Shown here: positions 27,763 to 37,314 of the stretch, piece by piece
Position numbering within the stretch: the stretch's first letter is position 1
Layout: each line of letters begins with the position of its first letter
NCBI GenBank assembly: GCA_016234265.1
Contig: JACRFW010000027.1
Coordinates: 1-46,501 of the forward strand
DNA length: 46,501 bases
Source of the DNA: Candidatus Magasanikiibacteriota bacterium
GTDB taxonomy: Bacteria > Patescibacteriota > Patescibacteriia > Magasanikbacterales > GWA2-37-8
Direction: 5' to 3'
Notes under the pieces: generated by a model
Seen by the model: the letters and a program-made list of their open reading frames with translations, nothing else
Database searches by the model: none
Told to the model about the DNA's origin: nothing
Position numbers and translations under genes: made by a program

Positions 27763-28869
27763 TTACAAAAAATTTTCTACGCGGCGAACCCACCATTCTT
27801 TTATTTTGCTCCACACTCCCCTTTTTTTCCAGCGCTCCTCATCAAACGGCTGGGCGATTTTTTTCCATTCGTTAAAAAGCACGTTCAGATCATTCACCAT
27901 GCGCTCATCACTAAAAGAAACCCCGCTCTCCTCGTTAAAATAAAAGCTGCGCGGCGTGATGTTAATTGACCCGACATGCCCCAGCGTGTTGTCCACACTC
28001 ATGGCCTTGCCGTGGTTCATAGTCGGCAAAAAATAAATATTCGCCCCGGCTTTAAGAGTATGACCATAATACGTCAGGGCCAGCAGTTCCAGCAATTTAC
28101 TGTCGGTGCGCAGGGGCAAAAAAATATTCACCTTTACCCCGCGGCGGCGGGCGAGGGCCACCGCCTGCAAAAACTGCTTGTCCGGGACAAAATACGGCGT
28201 CAGAAAATTGACGCTTTCCTTGGCGACCGTGAGCGCCTGCACAAAGAGCCGGCGGGTTTTAGAGATTTTTTTGAAGCGCGGTGAATGGACAATAAACTTA
28301 AACTTCTCTTTCCACAACTTCAAATCATCCGACAATTTTGTTCCGAGTAATTTCCGGACGTTGCGCTTCTCACCGCCAGCCGAGATATAGCTTTTGGCAA
28401 AACCGCGCAAGAGCGGACGGGCCAGCGGGCCGGCGAGCTTCAGATACATATCATCCCAGCTCTGATAGGCCGCGTGGATATTAACGCCGCCCAGAAATAC
28501 CACCCATTCGTCAACGATCAGCACCTTGCGATGATTGCGAAACCACAACCGCGCCAACCATCTGGCCAGGCGAAGCTCGGGGTGCAAGCGATTGAAACGC
28601 AGCACCTCTACCCCGGCATCCCGCAGGCGCCTCTCCGCCGCCCAAGAAAAAGAAAAACTGCCATAGGCGTCTATAATGATTTTGACTTCCAGCCCGGAGC
28701 GGGCTTTCTCGCAGAGCGCGTCCACAAAACGTGAACCGGCGATGTCGTCAACGAAAATAAAAATTTCCCAAAAAATTGATTTTTGAGCGGACAAAAGAGC
28801 CTGGTACATAGCGTCCCAGGCTTCACTGGTCGTTTTGTAGAACTGATAGGAAAAATCCTTTTGTTCCAT
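27763..28869 (-). CDS. Phospholipase D family / cardiolipin synthase-like protein (two HKD motifs)
   Basis: HRKVLIVDEWVVFLGGVNI and NHGKAMSVDNTLGHVGSINI. Confidence 0.88.
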   Translation of the reverse strand: MEQKDFSYQFYKTTSEAWDAMYQALLSAQKSIFWEIFIFVDDIAGSRFVDALCEKARSGLEVKIIIDAYGSFSFSWAAERRLRDAGVEVLRFNRLHPELRLARWLARLWFRNHRKVLIVDEWVVFLGGVNIHAAYQSWDDMYLKLAGPLARPLLRGFAKSYISAGGEKRNVRKLLGTKLSDDLKLWKEKFKFIVHSPRFKKISKTRRLFVQALTVAKESVNFLTPYFVPDKQFLQAVALARRRGVKVNIFLPLRTDSKLLELLALTYYGHTLKAGANIYFLPTMNHGKAMSVDNTLGHVGSINITPRSFYFNEESGVSFSDERMVNDLNVLFNEWKKIAQPFDEERWKKRGVWSKIKEWWVRRVENFL

Positions 28870-28897
28870 ACGATGAGGCTGGGGTCAGCCTATTTCC

Positions 28898-28926
28898 AGT
28901 ATGGCACTTTCCCTCTCTACAGTCAA
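28898..28926 (-). promoter_or_regulatory. Candidate sigma70 promoter for cls (TTGACT, 17 nt, CATACT)
   Basis: Minus strand reads TTGACTgtagagagggaaagtgcCATACT, followed by a 5'-UTR hairpin AGGCTG-ACCCC-AGCCT and the ATG. Confidence 0.4.
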
Positions 28927-28995
28927 AATTAAAAAACATCGTTCGCCTGCTATATTTCCTTTTAAGAAACATGGCAGGGCAGTACGAACGATGTT
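28924..28995 (-). terminator. Long-range stem (AACATCGTTCG ... CGAACGATGTT, 11 bp perfect) followed by UUUUUUAAUUUU on the minus strand
   Basis: It closes the GC-rich island transcript, and is immediately followed by the cls promoter. Confidence 0.4.
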
Positions 28996-29430
28996 CTTTT
29001 CGTGGCCGCCCCCTTTACTCCCTCTTTTCTGATGGGCACTTCCCATCTTTCAGATGTGACTCCGACCGGATGCAGCCGTAGGCCGTCATCCGACTCCGGA
29101 TTTTCGCCAGGTGCCTCCCATCTACGGGCACATGAACATGCGAGAGGCGAGCGATCTAAAGACCGTCCGCCTCCCGTCCGGTTTGGGGCTGGGTGGCTAC
29201 GGTGCGTGTGGGGTGTCTCCTTCCTAAGGGTCCTCAACCTCCCACGGAGGGGGACGGAAGAACTTCTCCTTCCGACTCCTCATCCGCGTTCTGCTTCTGG
29301 CTCATGTGCCGCTCCTTGCCTGGCGCCATCTCCCCTGGGATGGCTTCGTGGGTAAAGCTGGAGAGAAGAAAAGCTGCGACGAAGAGTCGCTTACTTTCTT
29401 CCACCCATTTCTTTGGAAAGAACTAATGGA
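28925..29430 (-). ncRNA. Candidate structured non-coding RNA of unknown class (GC-rich island of about 500 nt)
   Basis: No plausible ORF (only R/P/S/G-rich reading frames), many local hairpins, and its own downstream terminator. It does not match the RNase P P4, tmRNA or SRP consensus by eye. Confidence 0.25.
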
Positions 29431-29466
29431 ACAAATTACCTTAAAATTTATTCCAGGTTTCACTAA

Positions 29467-30441
29467 TTAAACCTCACTAATCACATCAAATCCTTTAAAA
29501 CTACCCGTTAGTGCCAGGCCGATAATCTTTCCCTGGCAAATACTTTTTTCTCTAATTTTTTTAGCAGTTTCGTTTAGTGTTGACCCCGATCCAACGGCAT
29601 CATCTATAAGAAGGATATTGTTAAAGACAATGTTTTCGTCCACGACGAGAGTGTTTTTGGCATTCTCAACTCGGTCAGCCAATTTACTTAGAGTTTTCTG
29701 AGGTACAGCCACCGGGGTTTTAATTTTGATTATGGAAATTTTTTTGATGTTTCCGCCCAAACCCTTCTCCAAGCTTCGCATCAGCTGATGTTCGCGTTTA
29801 ACAGTTGGCGGTATAAAACCAATCCCATCAATTTTGTATTTTTTAATGAGCTTATCGACACTCGGTTTTATATTATTGATAATTTCTTTCATCAAATTTA
29901 CGTTTTGGCTTTGTTTGGCATAAAGCAACAGCTGGCCGAGCTTAGTTTTTCCGAAACGTTCAATGCTGTAGAAATCAAGATAAAAAACGTGATCCAAATA
30001 AACCTGATCAAATGTACTTTTCATTTTGATAAGTCCATCAATTAGCCCGCCTTTTTTATAGGCCTGATATTTGGCCAGAGTTTTTACATATTCTTGGGCT
30101 GTTTTTTGATGAGGCAGATTATTCTTGTCACACCAATAAACAAAACCGTTCACCCCTTCCTTTTTCTCTCCCGCGGGGGTAATTATTAGATAATTATCTT
30201 TGATTGGTTGCGCCAGCTTGGCGGTTATGTCGATCTTTATCGTAGTGTTAGGGGGCGCTTTAATAAAATAATATACCCGCGGAGGTTTGCCGGTTTTATC
30301 AATAGTTCCCGAGGCCATCAGTCTTGGCAGATGCTTAAACAAGGCCTGTCTGCTAATGCCAAGATGTTCGGCAATGTCGGCTCCCGAAACATGTTTTTTT
30401 TGCCTAATAAATTCTACTATTTTTTCTGTGGTTGTCAGCAT
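29467..30441 (-). CDS. Winged-HTH plus phosphoribosyltransferase-domain protein (PurR-like architecture)
   Basis: N-terminal HTH (HVSGADIAEHLGISRQALFKHL) and a C-terminal PRTase motif (ILLIDDAVGSGSTLNETAKKI). Confidence 0.8.
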   Translation of the reverse strand: MLTTTEKIVEFIRQKKHVSGADIAEHLGISRQALFKHLPRLMASGTIDKTGKPPRVYYFIKAPPNTTIKIDITAKLAQPIKDNYLIITPAGEKKEGVNGFVYWCDKNNLPHQKTAQEYVKTLAKYQAYKKGGLIDGLIKMKSTFDQVYLDHVFYLDFYSIERFGKTKLGQLLLYAKQSQNVNLMKEIINNIKPSVDKLIKKYKIDGIGFIPPTVKREHQLMRSLEKGLGGNIKKISIIKIKTPVAVPQKTLSKLADRVENAKNTLVVDENIVFNNILLIDDAVGSGSTLNETAKKIREKSICQGKIIGLALTGSFKGFDVISEV

Positions 30442-30541
30442 ATGTAATAACTATACCAGGTTGACAGTTAACTGTCAACTGTCAACATAGCAATTTTCGC
30501 AGTTTGTGAAGTTCTCTTTACCTCTCATTAGATAAACAAAA

Positions 30542-30580
30542 GACTTCGCCTCTCAACAAAGCTCGAGGCGAAGTCTTTTT
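30542..30580. terminator. Perfect 12-bp hairpin AGACTTCGCCTC...GAGGCGAAGTCT flanked by T-runs on both strands (bidirectional terminator downstream of tRNA-Glu)
   Basis: The plus strand shows the stem followed by TTTTTT. The minus strand shows the stem followed by TTTGTTT. Confidence 0.6.
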
Positions 30581-30582
30581 TA

Positions 30583-30657
30583 TGGTAGCCTCAAGGGGAA
30601 TCGAACCCCTATTCTCGCCTTGAGAAGGCGATGTCCTAACCGTTAGACGATGGGGCC
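30583..30657 (-). tRNA. tRNA-Glu (anticodon CTC), CCA encoded
   Basis: Manual fold: D stem GTCT/GGAC, anticodon stem TCGCC/GGCGA, loop TT-CTC-AA, T arm AGGGG-TTCGATT-CCCCT. The acceptor stem shows one C-A mismatch in my reading. Confidence 0.75.
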
Positions 30658-30703
30658 AAAATTATTTTTTGCCCCATTAAACTAACAAAAAAAATTGCTT
30701 TTG

Positions 30704-31204
30704 TCAAACCTTGTACACAAATATCCCCTGCTCTTTTTTAATCGGCGTGTGGCCGGGAATAGAGAACGCATAGGAAATAATGGTGGCGCCTGGCTTCATT
30801 TCCGTGAAAAGCTTGGGCGCAAGTTTGGCCATGGGTTTGGGGAAGAGAAAAGCGAAGACCACGTCGGCTCCGGAGAGGTCGGCCTGATAGAGCGATTGAC
30901 AACGCACTGACACGCGTCCAGAGAGGCCCTTGAGTTTTATGACAAGAAGCGTCCAGAAATATAAGACCGGGTTTAGCTCATAGCCAACGGCGTCGGCGCC
31001 ACGCTCGGCGGCGAGGAAAAGCAGGCGGCCGGCGCCGGAACCCAGATCAACCACGCGCAGACCTGGGCGAAGCGCCGCAAATTCCATCATTGCCCGCGCC
31101 TGTTTGTGATGGGTGGGTAAAAAAGGTACACCAATGATAGATGAGAGAGTAACAGTGAACAGCGCCACTCCCAAAATAAACAAAAGTACTTCTAAAAAAA
31201 TCAC
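30704..31204 (-). CDS. Class I SAM-dependent methyltransferase with N-terminal TM anchor
   Basis: Motif I VVDLGSGAGRL preceded by a hydrophobic helix. Confidence 0.75.
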   Translation of the reverse strand: MIFLEVLLFILGVALFTVTLSSIIGVPFLPTHHKQARAMMEFAALRPGLRVVDLGSGAGRLLFLAAERGADAVGYELNPVLYFWTLLVIKLKGLSGRVSVRCQSLYQADLSGADVVFAFLFPKPMAKLAPKLFTEMKPGATIISYAFSIPGHTPIKKEQGIFVYKV

Positions 31205-31291
31205 AGGAATAATATTGAATACTAAATGCTAAACATCAAATACCGAATGGCACAATGCATTGTTCGGTATTTAACATTTGATGTTCGGTGT

Positions 31292-32590
31292 TTATGGCTT
31301 GTTCATCCAGCTTTCTTCCTGCCGCACCAGAAGAGTAGCTGCTTCCAGCGGCTCGGCCATCACCTCTTTGACAATTTTCTCCATGCGCGAACCTTGGGAG
31401 CCTTTCACCAAAATAATATCGCCCGTGTTTAATTGTTCCTGTAAAAATTTTCCGGCGGCAGCCGAGTTATCAAAACGGGCAATGCGGTGTTCCTCAAATC
31501 CGGCCTCGCGGGCCGCGGCGGCCGTAATTTTTGAGGCCTCCCCGACCGTAATGAGAAAATCAATGCCAAGCTCGGCTACTTTGAAACCAATTTCGCGGTG
31601 CGCGGTTTCGGTTTCCGGGCCCAGCTCCAGCATATCGCCCAAGACAGCGTAGCGCTCGGAGCCCGCGGGCACGGGAATGCTCGCGAGCGTATCCAGGGCC
31701 GCCTTGGCCGCGACCGGGCTGGAATTGTAGGTATCATCAATGAGGAGGGTATTTTTAATGCCAGAGAGCAGGCGCAGGTGCCCCGGCAAAGAAACAAACT
31801 GCCGCAAAGACTCCGCAGCTTCAACCAAATTTATACCAAAAATACTTCCGACCGCGATGGCGGCGAGAGCTGACGGAATAAGGCTCTCACTCAAAGCGCC
31901 GGGTAAAAATACCGGCACAATATTTCCTTTGTAGTGAACTTTAAAATTCAAGCCCGTTGGTCGGAAGCCCGAAGCGTCGCATAGCACGTTCACGTCAGTC
32001 GCCCGAATGGCCGCGCCTTCCTTCAATCCATAGGTTAAAACTTCCGCCTTGGTAGCGCCCGCCTCCTCCATCACCAACTCATTATCAAAATTCAAAACGG
32101 CAAAACCATCGCGCCGGAGATGCGAGATGATAATTCTTTTTTCCTGGGCGATTTTTTTAATGGTTTTAAAAAATTCAGTATGCGCGTGCGAAATGGCGGT
32201 GAGCACTCCCACGGTGCACGGCGCCATTTCGGTGAGATATTGAATGTCCCCGGGTCGGTCGGCGCCCATTTCTAACACGAGCGTTTTTGGATAGTTGGCA
32301 TCGCGAACAATGAGTAAACGCAAAGCTTGGGCAAAAACCATAAACCAACCGAGAATTGAATGGCCGGGAGTTTTGGCCACGCCAATAATGGTCAGCGGCA
32401 CGCCGACCTGGTTGTTATAATTTTTGGCGCTGGCGCGAACGTCAAAACGTGATTCCAACACCATACGAATAGCCTCTTTGGCCGAGGTCTTCCCCACCGA
32501 CCCGGTAATGCCAATCACATCAGGATGATATTTTCTAATAATGGCCGAAGAGAACTTTTTAAGAAAATAGTGCAATATAGAAATAAGCAT
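31292..32590 (-). CDS. murF: UDP-N-acetylmuramoyl-tripeptide--D-alanyl-D-alanine ligase
   Basis: Mur ligase P-loop GITGSVGKTSAKE and the MurF-type LIDDTYNSSP motif. Confidence 0.85.
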   Translation of the reverse strand: MLISILHYFLKKFSSAIIRKYHPDVIGITGSVGKTSAKEAIRMVLESRFDVRASAKNYNNQVGVPLTIIGVAKTPGHSILGWFMVFAQALRLLIVRDANYPKTLVLEMGADRPGDIQYLTEMAPCTVGVLTAISHAHTEFFKTIKKIAQEKRIIISHLRRDGFAVLNFDNELVMEEAGATKAEVLTYGLKEGAAIRATDVNVLCDASGFRPTGLNFKVHYKGNIVPVFLPGALSESLIPSALAAIAVGSIFGINLVEAAESLRQFVSLPGHLRLLSGIKNTLLIDDTYNSSPVAAKAALDTLASIPVPAGSERYAVLGDMLELGPETETAHREIGFKVAELGIDFLITVGEASKITAAAAREAGFEEHRIARFDNSAAAGKFLQEQLNTGDIILVKGSQGSRMEKIVKEVMAEPLEAATLLVRQEESWMNKP

Positions 32591-32591
32591 A

Positions 32592-34388
32592 TTAGCGGTC
32601 GCCGGGTATGGCGTAATAATTTAAAGCAAATTGCATCACATCTTTAAAAACTGGCAAAGCGGTCTGTTCCGCCCACTTGCGCTCGGGCTCTTCGTATTTT
32701 ACCACCAAAACGAGCGCCGGGTCAGCGGCCGGAGCAAAACCGGCAAAGGTGTGGTTGGTGCGATTATCGCTATAGACACCGCGTTCGGCGATCTGCGCCG
32801 TGCCAGTTTTTCCGACGACATAATAGGTATTAATTTTGGCTGCCTTATAGTGATTTTCCACCACCGAAACGAGCATGGCGCCAAGGAGTTTGGCGGCATG
32901 CTCGGAGATAACCTGCTCCACCACCATGGGCGTCGCGGTTTCTTTTTCGCCGCCCGGATAGCGCACCTGATCAACGACATACGGCTTCATGAGTTTCCCG
33001 CCATTCGCAATGGCGGCATAACCGGCCGCCACCTGGAGTGCGGTGGCGGTGAGACCCTGTCCAAATGAACCGTTAGCGCCGAAAATTTCCCCTTTCTTTT
33101 TGAGCGAACTCACGTCGCCGCTCACTTCGGTGTTGAGAGCAATGCCGGTCTTATCGCCAAATCCAAATTTTTCAATGTACTGACGAAATTTGTCGGCTCC
33201 CACCTTTTCTTCCACCCACACGGCACCGGTATTGATGGATTTCTCCAGCACTTCCGTCATCGTTTGCTCGCCATAGCAGGACTGCATGGCGTTGCGCACA
33301 TGAAAACCATTGATTATCCGCTCACAGGGATCAGTATAGGTGGTATTGGGAGTAACCAAGCCGAGATCAAGCCCGGCACCCATGGTAAAGGCTTTAAAAA
33401 CCGATCCCGGTTCATAGGCGGTAAAAATGGCAGTATTGTTATAGACCGAGAGATCGTCTGCTTTGGAATAATTATTCGGGTCGTAATCCGGCAGGCTGCA
33501 CATAGCGAGAATCGCCCCGGTCTTCGGGTTCATCAGCACCAGAGCGGCGCTTTTCGCGTTATAATCTTTCAGACCCTGGCGTAAACGCTCACAGGCCGCG
33601 CTTTCCACCGCGCGGTCAATCGTTAAAACCAGGTCAGCGCCATTTTCCGAGGGCACCGTCGTGCGATCAGCGAGCGAAATCCAACTGCCGAGCGCGCCCT
33701 TTTCACCCATCGTGAACCCGCCCTTGCCGGCCAACTTCTTTTCCCAATACCCTTCAATGCCGTAGCGGCCGACAATATTGCCGGCTGAGTCGGAACCAGT
33801 AAAACCGAGCACGGCTCCGGCCAGCGCGCCTTCCGGGTAGTAGCGCATACTCACGCCGGTGGCATAGATCCCTTTCAAAGTGGCGGCCGTGAGACGGTCG
33901 GCAACGTCTGAGGGAACTTTTTTAGCGATCACCGCATATGAATCTGAGTGGTTGGAGAGTTTTGCTAGTGTGGTCTTCTGCTCCTCGGGTGTCTGGCCAA
34001 GCAGCGCTCCCACCTGCACGCTCGTGGTGGCTGTTTCCTCCGGAGAAATTTCCCGCGGATTCGCGTAGACAATGAAAAATTCTTTATTCACTGCCGCCGG
34101 GTATTCAATTTTCGTACGGGAGTCCTTAAAATAAATTCGCCCGCGGTCAGGGTGCAGCCTTTGATAAATTTCGTGGGAATTGAGGGCGAACAAGGCATAA
34201 TAGTCGTGCTGAACAATCTGGAGCATGAACAACCGAACGACAATCCAGATGGCGAGCACTAAAAAAAAGATGGCCACCACGCGCACGCGCGAGCGGTCAT
34301 CAATGGCCTGTGTTGACTTGTGATACATTCTCATACTTCTGCCGCTAGTATACCTTTTTTTCGCTCTCCGAGCAACAAAAAAGCCCAC
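32592..34388 (-). CDS. ftsI: Penicillin-binding protein 2 / FtsI-type transpeptidase
   Basis: N-terminal TM, SxxK (EPGSVFK), SxN (KSINTGA) and KTG (VVGKTGTAQ). Confidence 0.9.
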   Translation of the reverse strand: MGFFVARRAKKRYTSGRSMRMYHKSTQAIDDRSRVRVVAIFFLVLAIWIVVRLFMLQIVQHDYYALFALNSHEIYQRLHPDRGRIYFKDSRTKIEYPAAVNKEFFIVYANPREISPEETATTSVQVGALLGQTPEEQKTTLAKLSNHSDSYAVIAKKVPSDVADRLTAATLKGIYATGVSMRYYPEGALAGAVLGFTGSDSAGNIVGRYGIEGYWEKKLAGKGGFTMGEKGALGSWISLADRTTVPSENGADLVLTIDRAVESAACERLRQGLKDYNAKSAALVLMNPKTGAILAMCSLPDYDPNNYSKADDLSVYNNTAIFTAYEPGSVFKAFTMGAGLDLGLVTPNTTYTDPCERIINGFHVRNAMQSCYGEQTMTEVLEKSINTGAVWVEEKVGADKFRQYIEKFGFGDKTGIALNTEVSGDVSSLKKKGEIFGANGSFGQGLTATALQVAAGYAAIANGGKLMKPYVVDQVRYPGGEKETATPMVVEQVISEHAAKLLGAMLVSVVENHYKAAKINTYYVVGKTGTAQIAERGVYSDNRTNHTFAGFAPAADPALVLVVKYEEPERKWAEQTALPVFKDVMQFALNYYAIPGDR

Positions 34389-34417
34389 GGTTCCCCTGGG
34401 GCCTTAACTGACAATTA

Positions 34418-36283
34418 TTACCCCCCGCTCTTGGCTTGGCGGCGGGCCTCGTTTTCGTCCAATATCATTTTACGGATGCGGATACTGGCCGGCGTTACTT
34501 CCACAAGCTCATCAGGACCGATATATTCCAGCGCGTCTTCCAAATCCATCGTTCTCGGCGTATTGAAATGTTCGGCCTTGCCATCGCCTTTGCTGCGCAT
34601 ATTGGATAACTGTTTGGCTTTACAGATGTTCACTCGGATATCTTCGCCGCGCGCGTTCTGGCCCACCACCTGACCCTTGTACACTGCCACGCCCGGGCCG
34701 ATGAACATGATGCCTCGGTCCTGCACATTCAAAAGACCATAGAGGTTTGAAATGCCGGTTTCATGCGCCACGAGCGACCCTTGGTCGCGCTCGTGCCAGC
34801 CGCCCGGGTCGGTGTCATACCCCCAAAAAATAGTGTTGATAATGCCGAGGCCCCGCGTATCGGTCAAAAATTCCGTGCGGTAGCCAAAGAGCCCTTTGGT
34901 CGGAATAATAAACTCCAGCGAAGTGATGCCATTGTTCGCGTGCATATTCTGCAAAAGTCCGCGGCGCGTACCCATCTTTTGAATCACAATGCCGGCATAA
35001 TCATCCGGGACTTCAATGAAGACTTGCTCGTGCGGGGTTAAGGTTTTCCCATTCTCCTCTTTGTTAATTACCTGCGGCTGGGAAACCTGGAACTCGTAGC
35101 CCTCGCGGCGCATACGCTCAATGAGAATCGCCAGGTGCAATTCACCGCGCCCGGACACGATCCAACCCGCTCCGCCCGAAGCGGCGGGATCGCTATCATT
35201 ATCAATGACGCGGAGCGCCACATCAGTTTCCAATTCTTTAAACAACCGCTCGCGAATTTGGCGCGAGGTGCTGAACTTCCCTTCTTTACCGGCGAACGGA
35301 GAATCGTTGACAACGAACGTCATCTTCACGGTTGGTTCATCAATCGTAATGGTCGGGAGCGCGACTGGGTGTTCAATATCGGCAATAGTTTCGCCAATGG
35401 TCACCTCCGGAATGCCGGCAATGGTGACGATGTCCCCGGCTTTGATCGCTTCTTTTGTCTCTACTTTTTCCAAACCAAAAAAAGTCATGACCGAGGTTAA
35501 CCGATATTTTTTCATGACACCGGCGCGATCAATATGCATTATTTCCTGGTTGGCTTGGAGCGAGCCGTTATAGATGCGGCCGGTCGCCAAGCGCCCCTTA
35601 AAATTATCGGGAGCAATCGTGACTGTCAGCATCTGGAGCGGCGCCGTCGGGTCACCGGTAGGCTCGGGAACATATTTTATAATAGTTTCAAACAGCGGAG
35701 TAATATCCGTCATAGCCGAGAGGTCAGGGGTGAGGCCGGCCTTACCTTGTTTCGCGGCGGCATAAATAACCGGGAAATTGGCAACATCGTCGGAGGCGCC
35801 CAGTTCCAAAAACAGCTCAAAGGTTTTATCAAGCGCAAATTGCGGGCGAGCATCGGATTTATCTATCTTGTTGATGACGACAATAATGCGATGGCCCATG
35901 GCGAGCGCCTTTTTGAGCACGAAGCGCGTCTGTGGCATAGGCCCTTCTTTGGCGTCAACCAACAGCAAACAGCCATCAGCCATTTTTAAAACCCGTTCTA
36001 CCTCACCGCCAAAGTCGGCGTGGCCGGGGGTGTCAATGATATTGATCTTGGTGGGTTCACCCGCCGTAGCTTTGGCGGAGGCCGGGTCATTCCAGACAAC
36101 GGAAGCATTTTTAGAAAAAATGGTAATGCCGCGCTCGCGCTCCAGATCGTTGCTGTCCATGATGGCGGCCTGGCCAATCTGCTCTTTGGAGAGCTTGGTG
36201 TTGCTTTGGCGCAACAAGGCATCCACGAGCGTGGTTTTACCGTGGTCAACGTGAGCGATAATGGCGATGTTGCGAATTTTCAT
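34418..36283 (-). CDS. typA: Translational GTPase TypA/BipA
   Basis: G1 AHVDHGKTT, G3 DTPGHADF, and the BipA-specific C-terminal domain. Confidence 0.95.
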   Translation of the reverse strand: MKIRNIAIIAHVDHGKTTLVDALLRQSNTKLSKEQIGQAAIMDSNDLERERGITIFSKNASVVWNDPASAKATAGEPTKINIIDTPGHADFGGEVERVLKMADGCLLLVDAKEGPMPQTRFVLKKALAMGHRIIVVINKIDKSDARPQFALDKTFELFLELGASDDVANFPVIYAAAKQGKAGLTPDLSAMTDITPLFETIIKYVPEPTGDPTAPLQMLTVTIAPDNFKGRLATGRIYNGSLQANQEIMHIDRAGVMKKYRLTSVMTFFGLEKVETKEAIKAGDIVTIAGIPEVTIGETIADIEHPVALPTITIDEPTVKMTFVVNDSPFAGKEGKFSTSRQIRERLFKELETDVALRVIDNDSDPAASGGAGWIVSGRGELHLAILIERMRREGYEFQVSQPQVINKEENGKTLTPHEQVFIEVPDDYAGIVIQKMGTRRGLLQNMHANNGITSLEFIIPTKGLFGYRTEFLTDTRGLGIINTIFWGYDTDPGGWHERDQGSLVAHETGISNLYGLLNVQDRGIMFIGPGVAVYKGQVVGQNARGEDIRVNICKAKQLSNMRSKGDGKAEHFNTPRTMDLEDALEYIGPDELVEVTPASIRIRKMILDENEARRQAKSGG

Positions 36284-36407
36284 ACCTAGATTAGAAAATC
36301 CGCCAGGGGCGGATTCTTATTACGCTACGGCTCCAGTATACTACAGACTCGGGAAAAAATCAAGGGACTTCCGCCCGCTCTCTCCTTTGGCTCATTCTCA
36401 GCTATGT

Positions 36408-37106
36408 TTAAAAAATTTCTATATGAATACTTTTTGTGTTCAAGCCTTTGGCGAGGATAATGGCACGGACTTCTTTCACCATCTCCACGCTCCCACAGAT
36501 ATAGTACTCCCCTGCCGGGTCGCCCGCAATGTGGCTCGTTACCCGTCCACGCAGATTGCCCCACGGTTCTTCCGGCTGTGACAAGGTCACCTGGTAGGTA
36601 AAACCAGAAAATTTTTCGGCGTAGCGCTCCAGTCGCTCCAACCAAAAGAGGTCGGCCTGGTTGCGAACCCCAAACAAAAGTTCAGCCTGACCAGCTTTTT
36701 GTTCGGCAATGGCGCCAACCATACTGATGATGGGAGCGAGGCCGGTGCCGGTCGCGATAAAATATTTTTTTGGCTGATGCGTAGGCTGGCAGACAAACAT
36801 GCCCTTGGCGGCGCTCATAAAACCGTTGCCTCCGGGAGCGATCTCGGCAAAAAATTTAGATGCTTTGCCATCGGGGAGAACTTTCACACAAAACTCCAAA
36901 TAGTCTTCCGAAGGCAACGAAGAAATGGAATAACTGCGCCACACGTAGACCGCGCCATCCGGGATCTTGAACTGCACGAATTGCCCGGGTGCAAAACTAA
37001 AGCCATGCGGTCGCGCAAAACGCAGTTCCAGAATATCTTGGGCGATCATTTTTTTGGATTGGAGTAGTGCGGTATAGACTCGCGGTTCGGACATACTGGT
37101 TGACAA
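36408..37106 (-). CDS. FAD/NAD(P)-binding oxidoreductase (ferredoxin-NADP reductase-like fold)
   Basis: FAD site RSYSISS and NAD(P) site GTGLAPIISM. Confidence 0.8.
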   Translation of the reverse strand: MSTSMSEPRVYTALLQSKKMIAQDILELRFARPHGFSFAPGQFVQFKIPDGAVYVWRSYSISSLPSEDYLEFCVKVLPDGKASKFFAEIAPGGNGFMSAAKGMFVCQPTHQPKKYFIATGTGLAPIISMVGAIAEQKAGQAELLFGVRNQADLFWLERLERYAEKFSGFTYQVTLSQPEEPWGNLRGRVTSHIAGDPAGEYYICGSVEMVKEVRAIILAKGLNTKSIHIEIF

Positions 37107-37314
37107 AATAGCGATTTTCTAGTATATTTTACCTATCATTTAGCCAAATTTGCTTAAATAACTCTAGCATAGAGCGACCGATTTGGCAACGAAAATCATC
37201 GCATTTATATACTTTCTCTTTCTTAGGAAGAGAAAACCCCTCGCCCATCTGTACACCCCGACCCACGGCTTCCGCAATCGGGGTGTACAACAGGGCACTA
37301 AGCAGGGACACTCT

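Noticed and set aside
28962-29426. ORFs of 77-117 aa on both strands of the GC-rich island
   Set aside because: The translations are Arg/Pro/Ser/Gly-rich strings typical of GC-rich non-coding DNA read in frame. They have no start context or motifs, and the region is better explained as structured RNA.
28925-29430. Assigning the GC-rich island to RNase P RNA, tmRNA or SRP RNA
   Set aside because: By eye I could not find the RNase P P4/J11-12 universal sequences, a tRNA-like T-arm plus CCA end, an alanine-ending tag ORF, or the SRP GGAA/AGCAGC domain IV motif on either strand. The class is left open.
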